DNA from: Octopus vulgaris
Lineage: Eukaryota
DNA length: 64,000 nucleotides
Direction: 5' to 3'
Assembly: GCA_951406725.2 (NCBI GenBank)
Contig: OX597818.1
Location: 6,200,001 to 6,264,000, forward strand
Below the pieces are notes generated by a model that saw only the letters and a list, made by a program, of their open reading frames with translations, was not told where the DNA came from and searched no databases. Position numbers and translations under genes: made by a program. Positions 25,186-38,423 of this stretch are shown here, in pieces. Positions within the stretch are counted from its first letter, which is position 1. Each line of letters begins with the position of its first letter.

Positions 25186-26639
25186 CGATGAAGTAAACAG
25201 ATGGAACTAGCGTAACTTATTATGTTGTACGACAATCGTTTTGACCTATCCTGCAACTCTCCTTTATTGGTGGGATGCTGTTGCATTAATCTTGCAGTCT
25301 GGATCACATCATATACATTAATACGTAAAGTGGTGTCTCGCTAAAGATCTTGACTTGGGTCACTGATGTTATTTGCTCGATTCATTTAGGGAATGAGACA
25401 TTGCTACTAAAGTCTTTACTGTAAAATAACCATAAGAAATAAAATTAAATACAATATGTATATATAAATAAAATGTATTATCTGTAGAAAGAGAAGAAGA
25501 AGATGAAAAACGTAATAGTATAAGGCCAGTAGAAAAATACATTGTTTAAAGCGAGAGAAGAGTAATAGAAAAAGAAAATGAAGAAAGAATACATACAAAT
25601 GGAATTGTCTTGGAGGGTGATATAGATGAGAACTGTTGAGTAATGGTATTAAAACTCTGTCGTGGCAGTTACTTTAAGGTCATAGTTATTTTAAGCACGG
25701 GCTGTTTGAATTTTGGCAAGAGCTATATCAATTGCACATTGGGTTGTTTGTTGATTCAAATATCACCTATGACAGACACATGCATACTTATATATAACAT
25801 CTGGAATTTACAAAAAAAAAATAGACTGAGACGAGTGTGTAAACAACAAACAGATGTATTAGTTTAACATACATCTAGCTATTACACACACACACACATA
25901 CACACGCTTGGACGCAGACATGCACGTATGCACTTGTATAGCAGTCAAAGTATCATACATGATAGTATTATGATATATAAATATAATTAAACATGTTTCT
26001 TTTATTTCTAGTTAATAATTCTATTACGTGTTTTTTAATGAAAACTCTACTGAAGTGAATTATGGCTGCATTCTGCACTTATTATATATCACCGTATCTA
26101 AATATATGATTGTATTAGAGCATATTTAAATATATACAAATTCATGCACATATATCATACATCTTAACTTTGAACGTATTTCAGAAAACATGGTGTTTAC
26201 GATATGGAATACTTATGTGATTTTTGAGTTATTTCCCTTATCAGCACAGGATAACAGTCGCACTTGGCCTTGTTCGGGGTATATACTTTTAAGGTGACAC
26301 ACAAGCACTGGTCTCGTAAAGAGGATAACAATTGTGCACCTAGTTGTCTATATCATCTTCAACAATAATATCAATGCCCGTTATGTAAGATAACGTTATA
26401 TGAAGTAATTACATCTACAATAATTTGTCTAAGTTCACATCTTATGCGCTGTTGAATTCTCATTCGTTCCTTCTGTGGTATAGGTTCCAGATGTGTTGTT
26501 CATGAGGTTGGAGCAGTAAATTCAAGAGGTTGGATTATGTTACTGTTTAGTTTGGATTTTTAGGTGTTTCTATCATAAGCTGTGCAGGTGTGCTTAATTG
26601 CATGAATGCATCTGGATAATCTTTCTGAGAATCTGTTTA

Positions 26640-26890
26640 TAATCTAATCTTCCCTCAACAATAGCGATAGCGAATCCTCGGGACATAACTGGCATATCAG
26701 ACAGAGTGTTATAGGAACTTACGAGCCTAATTGAACAGGTCAGGTCGTATTTGACTTTCCCTTCTTTGAGTCGCCAGGTAAAATCGGCCAGTGATGTTGT
26801 GTGCCGTTTATGGATATTTCGAAAGCTGTCGATGTGATTTCGTTATCGCTTTTTGAAAAAAACGGCGGATGCACCGATAAATGTCAACTA
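26640..26890 (-). mobile_element. PLE GIY-YIG C-terminal fragment (same type as the 9.4 kb element)
   Basis: Minus strand, with frameshifts, gives FIG...KKR*RNHIDSFRNIHKRHTTSLADFTWRLKEGKVKYDLTCSI...SYN...CQLC. Confidence 0.75.
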
Positions 26891-27039
26891 ACACCGCAGA
26901 ATTCCAGAAGTAGATCCCAAGAAAATATACCCCAATGGCGGATGACATCAGGTAGTCCAAACTGTGCCAGTGCTTTTCTCAAAACATCAGCACACTAATT
27001 CATGTATACTCATTACCCCAATATATATATATATATATT

Positions 27040-27618
27040 TGCCAACTAAATGTGGTGGTCCTATAGAGGACAGTTTTATTCTTGGTTTTAACCCCAGGAA
27101 GACATCTCCTCCACCTGGTCATCGACATACAATATGTGTCCGATTAGTATTTACGAGAGAAATCATCACCCCCATCTCTAGCCTTACATGATACACACAG
27201 ACCTGAGTGTCTAGGTGGTTACCCGTCTTCAGTGTATATAATCACAGGCTAGTGAGATGAAGAACTCATTCCATTCGCAAAATACTATATCCTTTTTATA
27301 GCGTCTCACTGTTTCTAAAAGTGAGATAAGTTATATTAAATCTCTGATCGAGAGATAAACATTACGGAATCGTAAAATATATCTGCCAACTTAATGTGGC
27401 CGTCCTTTAGAGGATAGCGTTACTGTTGATTTTAGCCCCAGGAAGACACCTCTAGCTGATTAACGACACATAGTCTCCGATTATTATTTGCGAGGGTGGA
27501 CATCGCTCCCATCTTTAGTCTTACGTGATACACTCATACCCGATTTTCTATGTGGTTACCCGTCTTCAGTTGTGTTAGTCACTGGCTAGCGATTAAGAAG
27601 TCATTCCCCTCACAAAAT
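27040..27618 (-). repeat. Two diverged direct copies (period ~344 bp) of a PLE terminal repeat, each with a degenerate hammerhead (27192-27240, 27529-27576)
   Basis: tgccaact at 27040 and 27384; minus strand tatataca CTGAAGA cgggtaaccaccta GACA ctcagg TC tgtgtgta, and CTGAAGA cgggtaaccacata GAAA atcggg TA. Confidence 0.75.
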
Positions 27619-27621
27619 GTC

Positions 27622-30183
27622 AATGAATAATTTCATAAAAGTAGGACACTAACATTTATTTTACTTTATTTGGAAAACAAAGCACCCGGCTTAAGAAATC
27701 GATCACCACATTTGACACAAATTATGCAAAATTCTAGAGGATTTCATAACGCCTGCTCCACATTTTACCAAACTTAGTGTGCTGACTCAATGCAATGCAG
27801 AAATAGTATATCTGAAATTTTAGCTTTCTAGTTGAAGTAGTTTCGGAGCTATGGGCTTCTTAAACTATAATCACTAGGTAGCACTAGATTCACACTTCAG
27901 TATTTTCGCTGCCTAAAAACTTGTAAATGCAAGAGAGATGTGGAATCAAGGTGTATTTATACATTTTAAAGATTATTGAGCTGATATTGCTCTATGCAAA
28001 TGTTCAGAGCTAGGCTATTTTAATACAGAGGCGTTCGATAACTTACAAAGCACTCGATAACATACAAAAGTAAAAGTAATACGTATTTTTAAATTTATAG
28101 GTTTAATTCTAATTTCAAATAACTGTATAAGAAAAAGGATACTGAATATTAGAAAATTTTTAAACATATAAACGAATTAATAAGTTTGATAGAATAAATC
28201 GAAGCTGAAGTTTCTTCTTCTTTTTACAAACATCCTAAAGACTTTGAAGGCACTTTATTGTCCGTTCTGCACTCTGATTTGTTCTGGGTATTTCCAGTTT
28301 TAATGTTCTCAACTCCAAACGTTTTTACAGAGTTCAATGCTTTCTTTATGAACTTGCAGGCTACTACATAACTTCTGAAAGTCATGGGCATTGAACATTT
28401 GGTTGGTAAACCAAACATCTGCCCAGAGGTAAGAGATTAATCGACAAACTCTTCTCTCTGGTGAAAGAATAAATGTCAAAAGAGCTAGTATTGCTCGAGA
28501 ATTCCCCCTTGCATTACTTCAGTTGAGTATTTTTTTAAACATTACAGTAGGAAATTTTCTGGTTTCTTCGAAGAAACGAAAATGTCTGGTCAAATGAAAT
28601 AGAAATTTCATGTCATCTCGCCACCCTGCTGATTCAGTAATATTTCCCCTACCATTGTTGAAATTAACCTGGAGTTTCTCGTAATTACTTAGAAGCTCCG
28701 GGATAAATACATATTCAATATTGAGAGATGACTTTTTCTCTAAGTTCATTATCCATTTCAACAAGAACTCTGTCAAGGATATGATGTTGACAACCAATAA
28801 ATTGCAGTTCTTTGAAAATCTTTTGAGAAAACAGTCTTTGTAACTGAACGACCATGCAATTTCCTTTCCCAGTGTTTACACTCGTCGTATCAGTGACAGT
28901 CATCTTTACACAATTCCATAAATGGTATTAATCTAAAACAGCTGTTATTCCAAATCTCTCTGTGTTTTCTTTAAAACTAGCACTTGGTATACTTTGTATT
29001 CTTGGTCATCAATACGTTTGCCATCAAAATTTAACAGCTTCTCTGATAGTCGATATGTAAATATCAGATTGGGAATGATTCTCGACATTGATTCCATCTT
29101 GAGATAATTTTCAACAAAATTTTGCTACTTTTCGGGCTTATAGCTTTCATGATATTACTAACTTGGTTGCTGTTCCAGTTTTGCTATACTTCCTCCTTGT
29201 TTTTGTGGATTCTTCATCTGATTTTTCGGTCTCTTCATATTCACTTTCAGTCTCAGTTTCAGACGTTGATGATGACACTAGAGTTGCTCTGGCTGATGTT
29301 GTCATTAAGGACACTTTTCTTCTATTGGATGGGTGAATGGTTTTGGAACTGGTTGCCTTTTCAGGTCCATACCAAACATGTCCCTTGCTTTTAAATTGAA
29401 GACAATAAAACCTACTCTCCTCACTGCACAGCCATTCACCATTTTCCTTTGTGATGTCAAACATTCCTTTCAATGAATCGTATTTTCTTCGTTTTACGCA
29501 TTTATTGTAGGTATTCAGCACTTTTTCGACATTGTCTTGTACATTTTGAATTGATAAATATGGGAAATTTAATTTCTTTTGCCATAAAAAAATTACTTCT
29601 TTCGAAATTTCCTTTGTTTCTCTTTCCTTCCTTTGATGGTAACTCCAAGGAACAGGAAGCAATCCACAACTTGTAGTTTCATTGGTATTCTGCAGTTGTT
29701 TTCCAAAGAATGCACTTCTAGCGTAACAGGTCTTCTTTTCCTGCGTGAGTCTTGAAATTGTACGTGATTCTTCGTTCATATGTTTTTGTTTCTTTGAATG
29801 ACACAAGCACTTCTCTTATAAGACATGATTTTAGATACTCTAGTTGGATAAGCCTACTATTCTGAGAAACAGTTAATATAGTCTGATGTTTCAGCGTCAC
29901 AAAAATAAAAAAGAAAAGAGAGGAAGAGTATATTTCCAGAAGTGGTAACAAATAAAAAATTCTATAACTCCTTGACTACTTAAATTTGAAAGCTAAAATG
30001 CATCTGCATTGCTTTAGCTCAGCACACCAAGTTTGCTCAAAACTTGAGTAGGCATTATGAATCCCCTTGTATTTTGCATGACTTGGATCAAAAGTGGCGT
30101 TAGATCTGTTCAGTTGGGGTGATGTTTTTTAAAGTATCTCAAAATAAACGTTATTTTTCCTACTAATATAAAATTGGTCATCC
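27622..30183 (-). mobile_element. Decayed DNA transposon with ~230-bp imperfect TIRs; Sola2-like transposase remnant
   Basis: 27622-27860 pairs with 29955-30183 (e.g. caaacttagtgtgctga..gcaatgcaga / tctgcattgc..tcagcacaccaagtttg); minus-strand FDGKRID and DTTSVNTG.....L......FIGCQHHILD; superfamily call from motif memory. Confidence 0.75.
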
Positions 30184-30242
30184 ACTTTGATACAGGAAAT
30201 TGTTTACTTTCAAAAAAGTCAATAAGTCACAATCCTAATATG

Positions 30243-30288
<46 letters not shown>

Positions 30289-33200
30289 CGTATGTGTGTC
30301 TGTACGTGTCAGTTTTCACTTTTATCTCACATGCTTTTTATCTCACATAATTTGCTACATAATTGTGCATAAGTGACGTATTTTTCCAATCTGATGCATA
30401 AAGTGAGTTTATTATTTAAATATATCAATGACATATTACAAAAGAACTATGACGTAAGGCAATGAATGACCACAGACTATAGCTATAATTGTTTTCTTTG
30501 GTAATACTATCACATTTATTTGAATTGTTTAAATTTATTTTTATGGTATGTAATTCAATTCTGCATTTTAGTGATGCACACCAGAATGATAAAAATCAAT
30601 GTCAACTTTGAATCTGAATTTTAAAATATATCAAAATGAAAAGAAAAACAAAAAGCATTATGAGCCCTGTGTGCACTCTCTTTACAGGAGAATTATATTT
30701 ATATATTCGCTTGATTCTTACCATCACAAGAATGAAGTTTAATATTTTGTATTCACTATTCCACATTCCAAAAGGTAATTCTTTTTTCTGGTTGCAAGTA
30801 TCTATGCCTAGCTCTTGTATTTTAAAAGCCGAACATTTCTGAATCTACATTGTGAAAAATAAAACGCCAATATATACTCAATCTACCAAATAATAGATAT
30901 GGCGTATTTAAATTAAGCTGATATTAACAACAATTCTGATAATATCACAAATAATCAGAAGAATCGACGATGCTAATATTGTTGGTAAGCCGAAAACTTA
31001 AATAAATAAATAATTCTATTGAAATGAAAAATGCTTTGGGGAATGAAATAAAATAAATAGACAATGTGTCATAGATTTCTGGAAGCAAACGTTAAAAATC
31101 TGCCAAGCAATTCAATTGTGTCCGCGACCGGAAAATGCTTGGTTGATTAGTTCATACAGAAAATAGTCAATGGCTGTACTGCTATTATTGAGAAAAGTTT
31201 AATTTGTGGAATGTGAAAAACTCTTATGAATAGTATGATGCAGTGTTTGTTAATTGATGAAATGATTAGCAACGAAAATATGAAAAAAAAAGGAAAATAA
31301 GAAATGATAGAAAATGAGTTGTTCGTTTTGTATAAAAACAAGATTGGAGAAGCTATATATAAATATACCCGTGGTGAGTGTCTGTAGATATTTTACACAT
31401 TTATTTCCCGTCGTATTCAATAATATTTGAGGTTACACGCTTGCAATTGAAGAAATCTTTCCACGTTTATTCATGTTTGCTTACAAATTATATCACGCGG
31501 CTCCTTTAGACTACTTCCAAATGTTCACTCCGTGATTCATTATTACAAATTAGTAAATGAACTCAGAAGTGAGATAAAGATAAGGAAAGATTATAATCTA
31601 GAAATTCCTAGGTCAAATCGTGCAAATAAGCTAGTATAGCGAGAGATATATTATTGTGTTTGAATACACAACTTTTCAAAATATATTTATAAAACATAGG
31701 AATAAGAACTTCAGCCTAACATATCCTAGGCTGAGAGGTTCATTTACCGAATATATGTAAATGAGTTGAATTACATGAACTGTCCCAGTAAATTTAAAAC
31801 TTTATTATTTTGACTGGCGTTTCTTCTTCCCGGCAATAAACTTGGGAAATTTTTTATGTTATAGATGCTGGAAACAATATTCATGAGCGTACGTTATTCA
31901 TTTTAATTTTGTTGCATCTGATGGTTCTTGCTGACACACATATTTTCATTTTAGCCGATGTATCAAAGATGTTTTGTTTAAAGTTGATACAGAAGGTTTT
32001 TTCACTTAAAAACTTATTTTTAATTTTAAGTATTTTTATTTAATCTAACATTTTCAAATACATATTACTGTGTATCTTACATTATTGTCATTCTTCTAAA
32101 TATCAGAAAAAGGTAATTTTTTTACATTGGACGCTCATTCTATAATTACCAACTGAATATGAAACCTAATTAATTTATGACACTCATAAAATGAAAAAGT
32201 CAATGAAACATATAAGCGGAATATATAAAATTTTGCAATATTCAATAAATTCGTAAGGTCCTACTTGACTCAAGTAAAAGGAATATAATTTACGAGGGTA
32301 AACTTTTCGTAGATTCTGATTAAATTATGACCTCAATAAATGTATTAAAGGGTATCAAAACTTTTAAAAAAGTATGTGTTCGAATAACACACTATAAAAA
32401 TATATACAATACAAATATAGAGAAATAAATAATTTTCACGAAATAACTAAAGCCTTTCTCTTTGTTCTTTGAGCCTCATTCTCTGGAGCTTATCATTTTT
32501 CTTGAACATTAGACGAAAGTTAAATCCTTTACCTAGCTGCACTGCTCTACGCTGTTGCCAGGAATTTCACTGTGTTGTCAAAGATCTCAAAGCTCCGTCA
32601 ATTCTGTCTTCCACACTTTCTGTGATTTAGAAAATCTTGAAGGTCCACTGACAATATTCAGTTATGTACTGTAATTCTTGTTAGTTGGCAAAACTCTATC
32701 AGTCTCTTCCTCATTATTTGGGGAAATGTTTGACCTGTAGTGAAGAGCTTTCACTGAAGGAGATTTTCTATTTCATTCACGTAATTGTATGACTTGTATA
32801 AACAATAAGCATTACATTTCAAATGATTCATGTCACCGCATTGTCCACATGTCCTCAATCTTCCAAACACTGCATATACTGGTGTTACACTTCATTTCAT
32901 CTATATTTAGAATTATTTTACCGAAAATCCCAAATTTTCAATATGTCCATCTTCTAAACAATTCTTGATAGGAAAGAGAATCTTACACCTACACTAATCA
33001 ATTTCAACCTCACCTTTTTTTTTAACATGAACGGAAATAAAACCTCAAGGCAAAGGAGACATGGCGAAAATTAATTTTACATATCTGTTTGGTAGTCAGA
33101 TAGAGATAGAAAAAGAACAATAATTGCGCTTACATGTCGCAGTCATCACCTTAAATGCAAGGTTGATTTGACGAATGACTGTTTGGAAGCGATATAAAAA

Positions 33201-33814
33201 AAAGAAAATATCCCTGATTTTGTGAATTACAAGAGTTCTATACAAGAATATCACGTGTATCGTGACCGTAAACGCACAACTGACAAATCAGTTTGAAGTA
33301 CATGTGTTCCTGAGAAAAAGATATCATGTTATCTCTCGCTATTTCAGTATCCTTCTTGCAGTTGTCTAGAAAGTACGGAAATATATACATGTGTACCCCC
33401 GAAGGCATTTACATTTATAGGTATTATATGTTCTGACGACATAGGGTTAATATTCACGATACTGATGCAGTTAAAGCAAAACTAATATATATTTAGTTAC
33501 ACTTAATAACAACCAATTAGAACAGAATATAGAAATATAATGATCAATTTTGGACTACTGTGCAAAGTTATCATTACCAGTCAGATTTTATTTCGTTAAA
33601 TAAGTTGTTAACATGTAATAAATGAAATATTTCTTGTGGCTTCTGTCTTTGAATTATTTCTTCTCACAAGATTTTACTTTTAATTATGATATATACATTT
33701 ACACACACATACCAACAAACACACACACACACATACACATACACAAACACAAACAGACACACAGACAGAATACACTCACACGCGCATACACACACAAACA
33801 GAACACACACATAC

Positions 33815-33972
33815 AGGCGGAGGCATGGCTTTGTGATAACACGTTTGCTTACCAAACACATTGTTCAGTGTCCCACTACGTGGCACCGAAGTCATGCAAA
33901 TTTTGTAATGCCTCGGTCCGACCAAACCCGTTCGAGTGAATTTGGTAGATAGCAACTGAGAGAAACCCATCG
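33815..33972 (+). mobile_element. 5' half of the abundant SINE, diverged
   Basis: aggcggaggcatggct..gttcagtgtcccactacgtggcacc..ccgaccaaa..gtgaatttggtaga. Confidence 0.75.
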
Positions 33973-34065
33973 CATGTATGTATGTATGTACGTATGTGTG
34001 TATGTATGTATGTGTGTATGTATATACATACATACACACACATTCACACACACACATATATATAG

Positions 34066-34435
34066 TCTTTTATTCTTTTATTTTTTTCAGTTATTTGACT
34101 GCGGTCATGCTGGAGTACAGCCTTTAGTCAAGCAAATTGACCACGGGATTTATTCTTTGTAAATCTAGTTCTCATTATATCGGTCTCTTTTGCCGAACCG
34201 CTAAGTTACGGGGACGTAAACAGAACAGCACCGATTTCAAGCGATGTAAGGTGGACAAACACACACACAAACATATACACACACATGCACGTATATATAA
34301 GTCTAGTTTCTTTCAGGTTCCGTCAAGCAAAACCACTCACAAAACTTTGGTCAGCCCGATGCTATAGTAGAAGACACTTGCCCAAGGTGTCACACAGTAT
34401 GACTGAACCTGGTAAGCAAGCCACTCCTGCGCCTA
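34066..34435 (-). mobile_element. Abundant SINE, diverged, with a deletion in the head
   Basis: Homologous to 13209-13632. Confidence 0.85.
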
Positions 34436-34447
34436 TTAGTGTGAGAG

Positions 34448-34550
34448 GTTTACACACCTAGATTTCAGAAGCGATCACCCATCTAATTACTCACTAGGCT
34501 TGACGTTGCTTAAATTCGGTGATCGGACGAGAACCGGTGTTTTCAATGTG

Positions 34551-34555
<5 letters not shown>
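34448..34555 (-). pseudogene. 5S rRNA-derived pseudogene (first ~10 nt missing)
   Basis: Minus strand atatcacattgaaaacaccggttctcgtccgatcaccgaatttaagcaacgtcaagcctagtgagtaattagatgggtgatcgc follows invertebrate 5S rRNA with a diverged 3' half. Confidence 0.9.
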
Positions 34556-34601
<46 letters not shown>

Positions 34602-34685
34602 TGTGTGTGTGTGTGCGTGTCTCCGTGTGTGTGTGTGCGTGTCTCCGTGTGTGTGTGTGTGTATGTGTGTGCATATATATTTACG

Positions 34686-35070
34686 AGGACGATGGTGTGG
34701 CTGTGGAGTAAGAAGATTGCTTCCCAACCACATGGTTCAGGGTTCGGTCCGACTGCGTGACACTTTGGGCAAGTGTCTTTTGCTATAGCCTCGAGCGATC
34801 AAATCCTTATTAATGGATTTAGTAGATCGAAATTGAAAGAAGCGCGTCGTATATATATGCATATGTTGGTGTGTCTGTGCTTGTCCTCCTACTATCACTT
34901 GACAATCGACGGCGGTGAGTTCACGGCTATGTAACTTAGCATTTCAGCAAAAGACCGAGAAAATAAGTAGTAGGTTTACGGAGAATAGGTTCTGAGGTGG
35001 ATTTCTTCGACTAAAGCCGGTGCTCCAGCATTGCTGCAGTCAAACGACTGAAACAAGTAAAAGAATAACA

Positions 35071-35072
<2 letters not shown>
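34686..35072 (+). mobile_element. Abundant SINE, diverged
   Basis: gtggctgtggagtaagaagattgcttcccaaccacatggttcagggttcggtcc...gactgaaacaagtaaaagaa. Confidence 0.85.
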
Positions 35073-35133
<61 letters not shown>

Positions 35134-35242
35134 CATATATTTACAAATATATGCATGTATCTATGTATATTTAAGTGAACAATAGTAAATGAAGAGTAGA
35201 ATGTTACTAATTACTTACTATTAACAAATTGATCATCTTTAA

Positions 35243-35338
35243 TTCTTACAGCCGTTTCAATAAATATTCAGTAATTTACTTACGTAGTTATGCATTAAAT
35301 TTGTGTTTATGTGACATAATTATTATTTCAACAGAGAA
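35243..35338 (-). ncRNA. Hammerhead-like motif with one core substitution
   Basis: ttct CTGTTGA aataa...ttatt GAAA cggctg TA agaa. Confidence 0.55.
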
Positions 35339-35509
35339 AATGATATACCTTGAGATGTGATATGCGGACCTATTAGGTAATACAGCAGACCAAATATTGA
35401 TGATGATAATATATATATCGGTGCCCCAGCATGGCCACAGCTCGTGAGCTGAAACTAGATAAAATAAAAAAATAAAAAATAAAATAAATATATATATATA
35501 TATATATAT

Positions 35510-36247
35510 AAGTTCAGTAAAAATTTAGATTCAAATGAATATGGTACTTAATTTAGATGCACCAGAATTTTGTATGGTCTTATCCATAAAAATCCGTGGG
35601 ATGATTAAAATCAAAATAAGCAACAAGAATGACTCCGGTAATTTGGTACGATCGTTTCGTACTACATCATTTTATTAAATGTTGTAAGTATTACAACAGA
35701 TTTAAGATGCTGAGTACTCATCAGCCAATTATAGAGGTCTTCCATTAATACAAACATTTTCAAATCAAGTGACAACATTATAGAGAAGGTAGATATACAG
35801 ACAAATATGTGGATTTAAATTTTAAGAACATATGCTAAAATAATTTTATAAAGAACATTTCTGTACCGGTTTTAGTCATTGAGACTTTTTCAACTGCAAA
35901 TAATTAAATTTAGAAAAATTAAAAGAAAAGTTTTTTTAAAAGAATATTTGTATAGTTTTGAAATATAAGTGGCATTTTCCTTGTTTCTGCCTGTCTCTGT
36001 CTCTCTTGTTTACTCTTGTGGGTTCGAGGTCGTTGTGAATTCTTGTTAGGGAAGAGGAAGAAGGAGGGAAGAGGAAGAAGGAGGGAAGAGGAAGAAGGAG
36101 GGAAGAGGAAGAAGAATTTGGGAGTACCATGATTGTAGTATTTTTAATGGTCATGAATGTTTTGTTTATAGAATTTGCGTAGGTGTTATTCTAAAACGCA
36201 TTAGTGATACAGTTAGGAAGGCGAAGGAAGAAGAAGGAGAAGAAGAA

Positions 36248-36311
<64 letters not shown>

Positions 36312-36800
36312 GTGGTGGTGATGATGGTGAGGTGGATATGTTCTTTGTCGTAGACGCGTTCAGAGGGGGCCTGTATTTTGTAATAAAGAGAGTTTCTTTA
36401 CTAATTCGTTGGCTCCAGGTTGTATCGTCCCTCAATTGGTAGAGGGGGAAAATCCTGAAGTTGGCGCAAATGTCTATGTGTTGGCTGAATGCTATTTTTC
36501 TATTTTGGGGATTTTTTATCTGGGATCTGTGTAGGGCCATTCTTTTACGTAAACTATTTTTTGTTTGGCCTATGTATTGCTCTTGACACCCAGAACAGGT
36601 TAATGTGTATCAGGTTCTCCGAAGCACATGTGAAGTTGCTTTTCACAGTGAAACGTTGTCCCTGTTTGAAGGAGAACTCTGATTCCTCAATTAGATAATC
36701 GCATATCCCACAATTGGGTCCCCCACATTTTTTTACTGTCGGCTTCTGTGTTGTTGAGCGTTAGGAGACTTTTCATAGATTTCGGTTGTCTCTTGCTTTT
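35510..36800 (-). mobile_element. 3' part of a Neptune-type Penelope-like element (Zn-finger + GIY-YIG + 3' UTR with simple repeats)
   Basis: Minus strand KCGGPNCGICDYL...FTCASENLIHI / CQEQYIGQTKNSLRKRMALHRSQI...QHIDIC...KETLFITKYRPPLN; hammerhead downstream. Confidence 0.85.
35643..35728 (-). ncRNA. Type I hammerhead ribozyme, canonical core
   Basis: ttgg CTGATGA gtac...gtac GAAA cgatcg TA ccaa; G10.1-C11.1 pair intact; palindromic stem III ACGATCGT. Confidence 0.9.
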
Positions 36801-37044
36801 TATGATGGTTTTAATTGACTAATATCAATTTCTACCCTTAATTAATTTTAATATAAAATATATGTTCTTAAACCGATAAATTGACTGCTGCTAATTATTA
36901 GCTGCTGGCTGGTTTTTCGAGTCTCAGCGCGCCAAAGTAAAGGCATTTGAAAGATACATTCGAACTTAATCGGTTGTACTTTATGCATGCGGCACTCCGG
37001 TATCGTTTTTTACATCTAGTCCAGCAAATTATGTTCATAACAGA

Positions 37045-37107
37045 CTATGCTGACGAAGTTACAGATATCCTTGCGGATATTAATAACTGAAACTGATCGG
37101 TACATAG
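37045..37107 (+). ncRNA. Type I hammerhead ribozyme with intact single-stranded core residues
   Basis: ctatg CTGACGA agtta..atatcc ttgc ggatat..taact GAAA ctg at cgg TA catag. Confidence 0.88.
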
Positions 37108-37265
37108 GTGATTATTTCATTTCGTATATTTTCATTTGTCTTATTTACTGCTTTGGTTTGTGGTGAATTTTATTTTATTTGAGAACATAATCTTTGTGGA
37201 GAATGGCGATTTGACGTCTATATCTAGCATGTTGACTGTCCACTTTTCGTGTTCAGTCCTTAATT

Positions 37266-37365
<100 letters not shown>

Positions 37366-38285
37366 TGTATATTCTCTCTCTCTTACCCTTTATCCACCTC
37401 TCTCTCTGTATACACACTAACACTCAAACACAGACACACACATGCACGCACAGACATAGATATATATATGAAATGAGTTCATGAACGAGTGTGTATTATA
37501 TATGTAATGTATTTTACGTTTATGAATGAGACAGCTTGGTGGTACAGATTCCATCGTCGTTGCGATGTAAGGGCCTACTTATACGTGTTTAGTCATTTCA
37601 AGCGTGTATGTGTCTGTTACCAAATCGGTTAGGTGCATGTGTTACAAAGATCATATATTATTAGAGAAAAAAATTCCTTGCAGAAATATCACTTCTGAGG
37701 TCGGGTGTATTAACGAATGTACAAACACTGCATTGCTTTGCGTATATGTGTGAATGAAATCATATACTATTTATGGGAATAAATATGTCAACACATCACA
37801 ATCTCTTCGATAAGAAGAAATGGTTAATTAACGAATTCATGTTTCAGGTTACTTAATCTCACCAATTACTTTACATAACTTTCAGCTACAAAGAATAAGT
37901 CATTTTTCACAATCATATGTAAAAGTCAAGTCTCCCAGTCGTAACTGTTGAAGGTTATCTTGTTGACAATGTGACTAAACATATGCCGATCAAATGTAGT
38001 AGATAACATTTCATATAGCTATTGTTTCAAAACAAGCCTCTTTTATTTTATTGTTTATAAAGCTAGTTATGTTTGCAAGAACTATCGGAATATGTTTTGA
38101 TTAGTGTCTCACTATGAGGTGTCTTAACACTGTTGAGAACAATTGTATTTCGTCATCGACAATGAGGTTGGTAGCTGTAGTTTAAACTTCACAAACAGCA
38201 TGAGTGATTTTACAAAATTTACAGAGAAACAAACTGCCATGACCCTCCTGCACAATATAGTTGTCGTCATCGTCGTCGTCGTCAT

Positions 38286-38286
<1 letters not shown>

Positions 38287-38318
<32 letters not shown>

Positions 38319-38319
38319 T

Positions 38320-38378
<59 letters not shown>

Positions 38379-38423
38379 TGTAGTAGTAGTAGCAGTAGTA
38401 GTAGTAGTAGCAGTAGTAGTAGT
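38287..38423. repeat. Compound (ATT)n-(GTA)n microsatellite
   Basis: Read directly from the sequence. Confidence 0.95.

Noticed and set aside
34448-34555. Functional 5S rRNA gene
   Set aside because: 5' end missing, 3' half diverged, single copy with no T-run terminator
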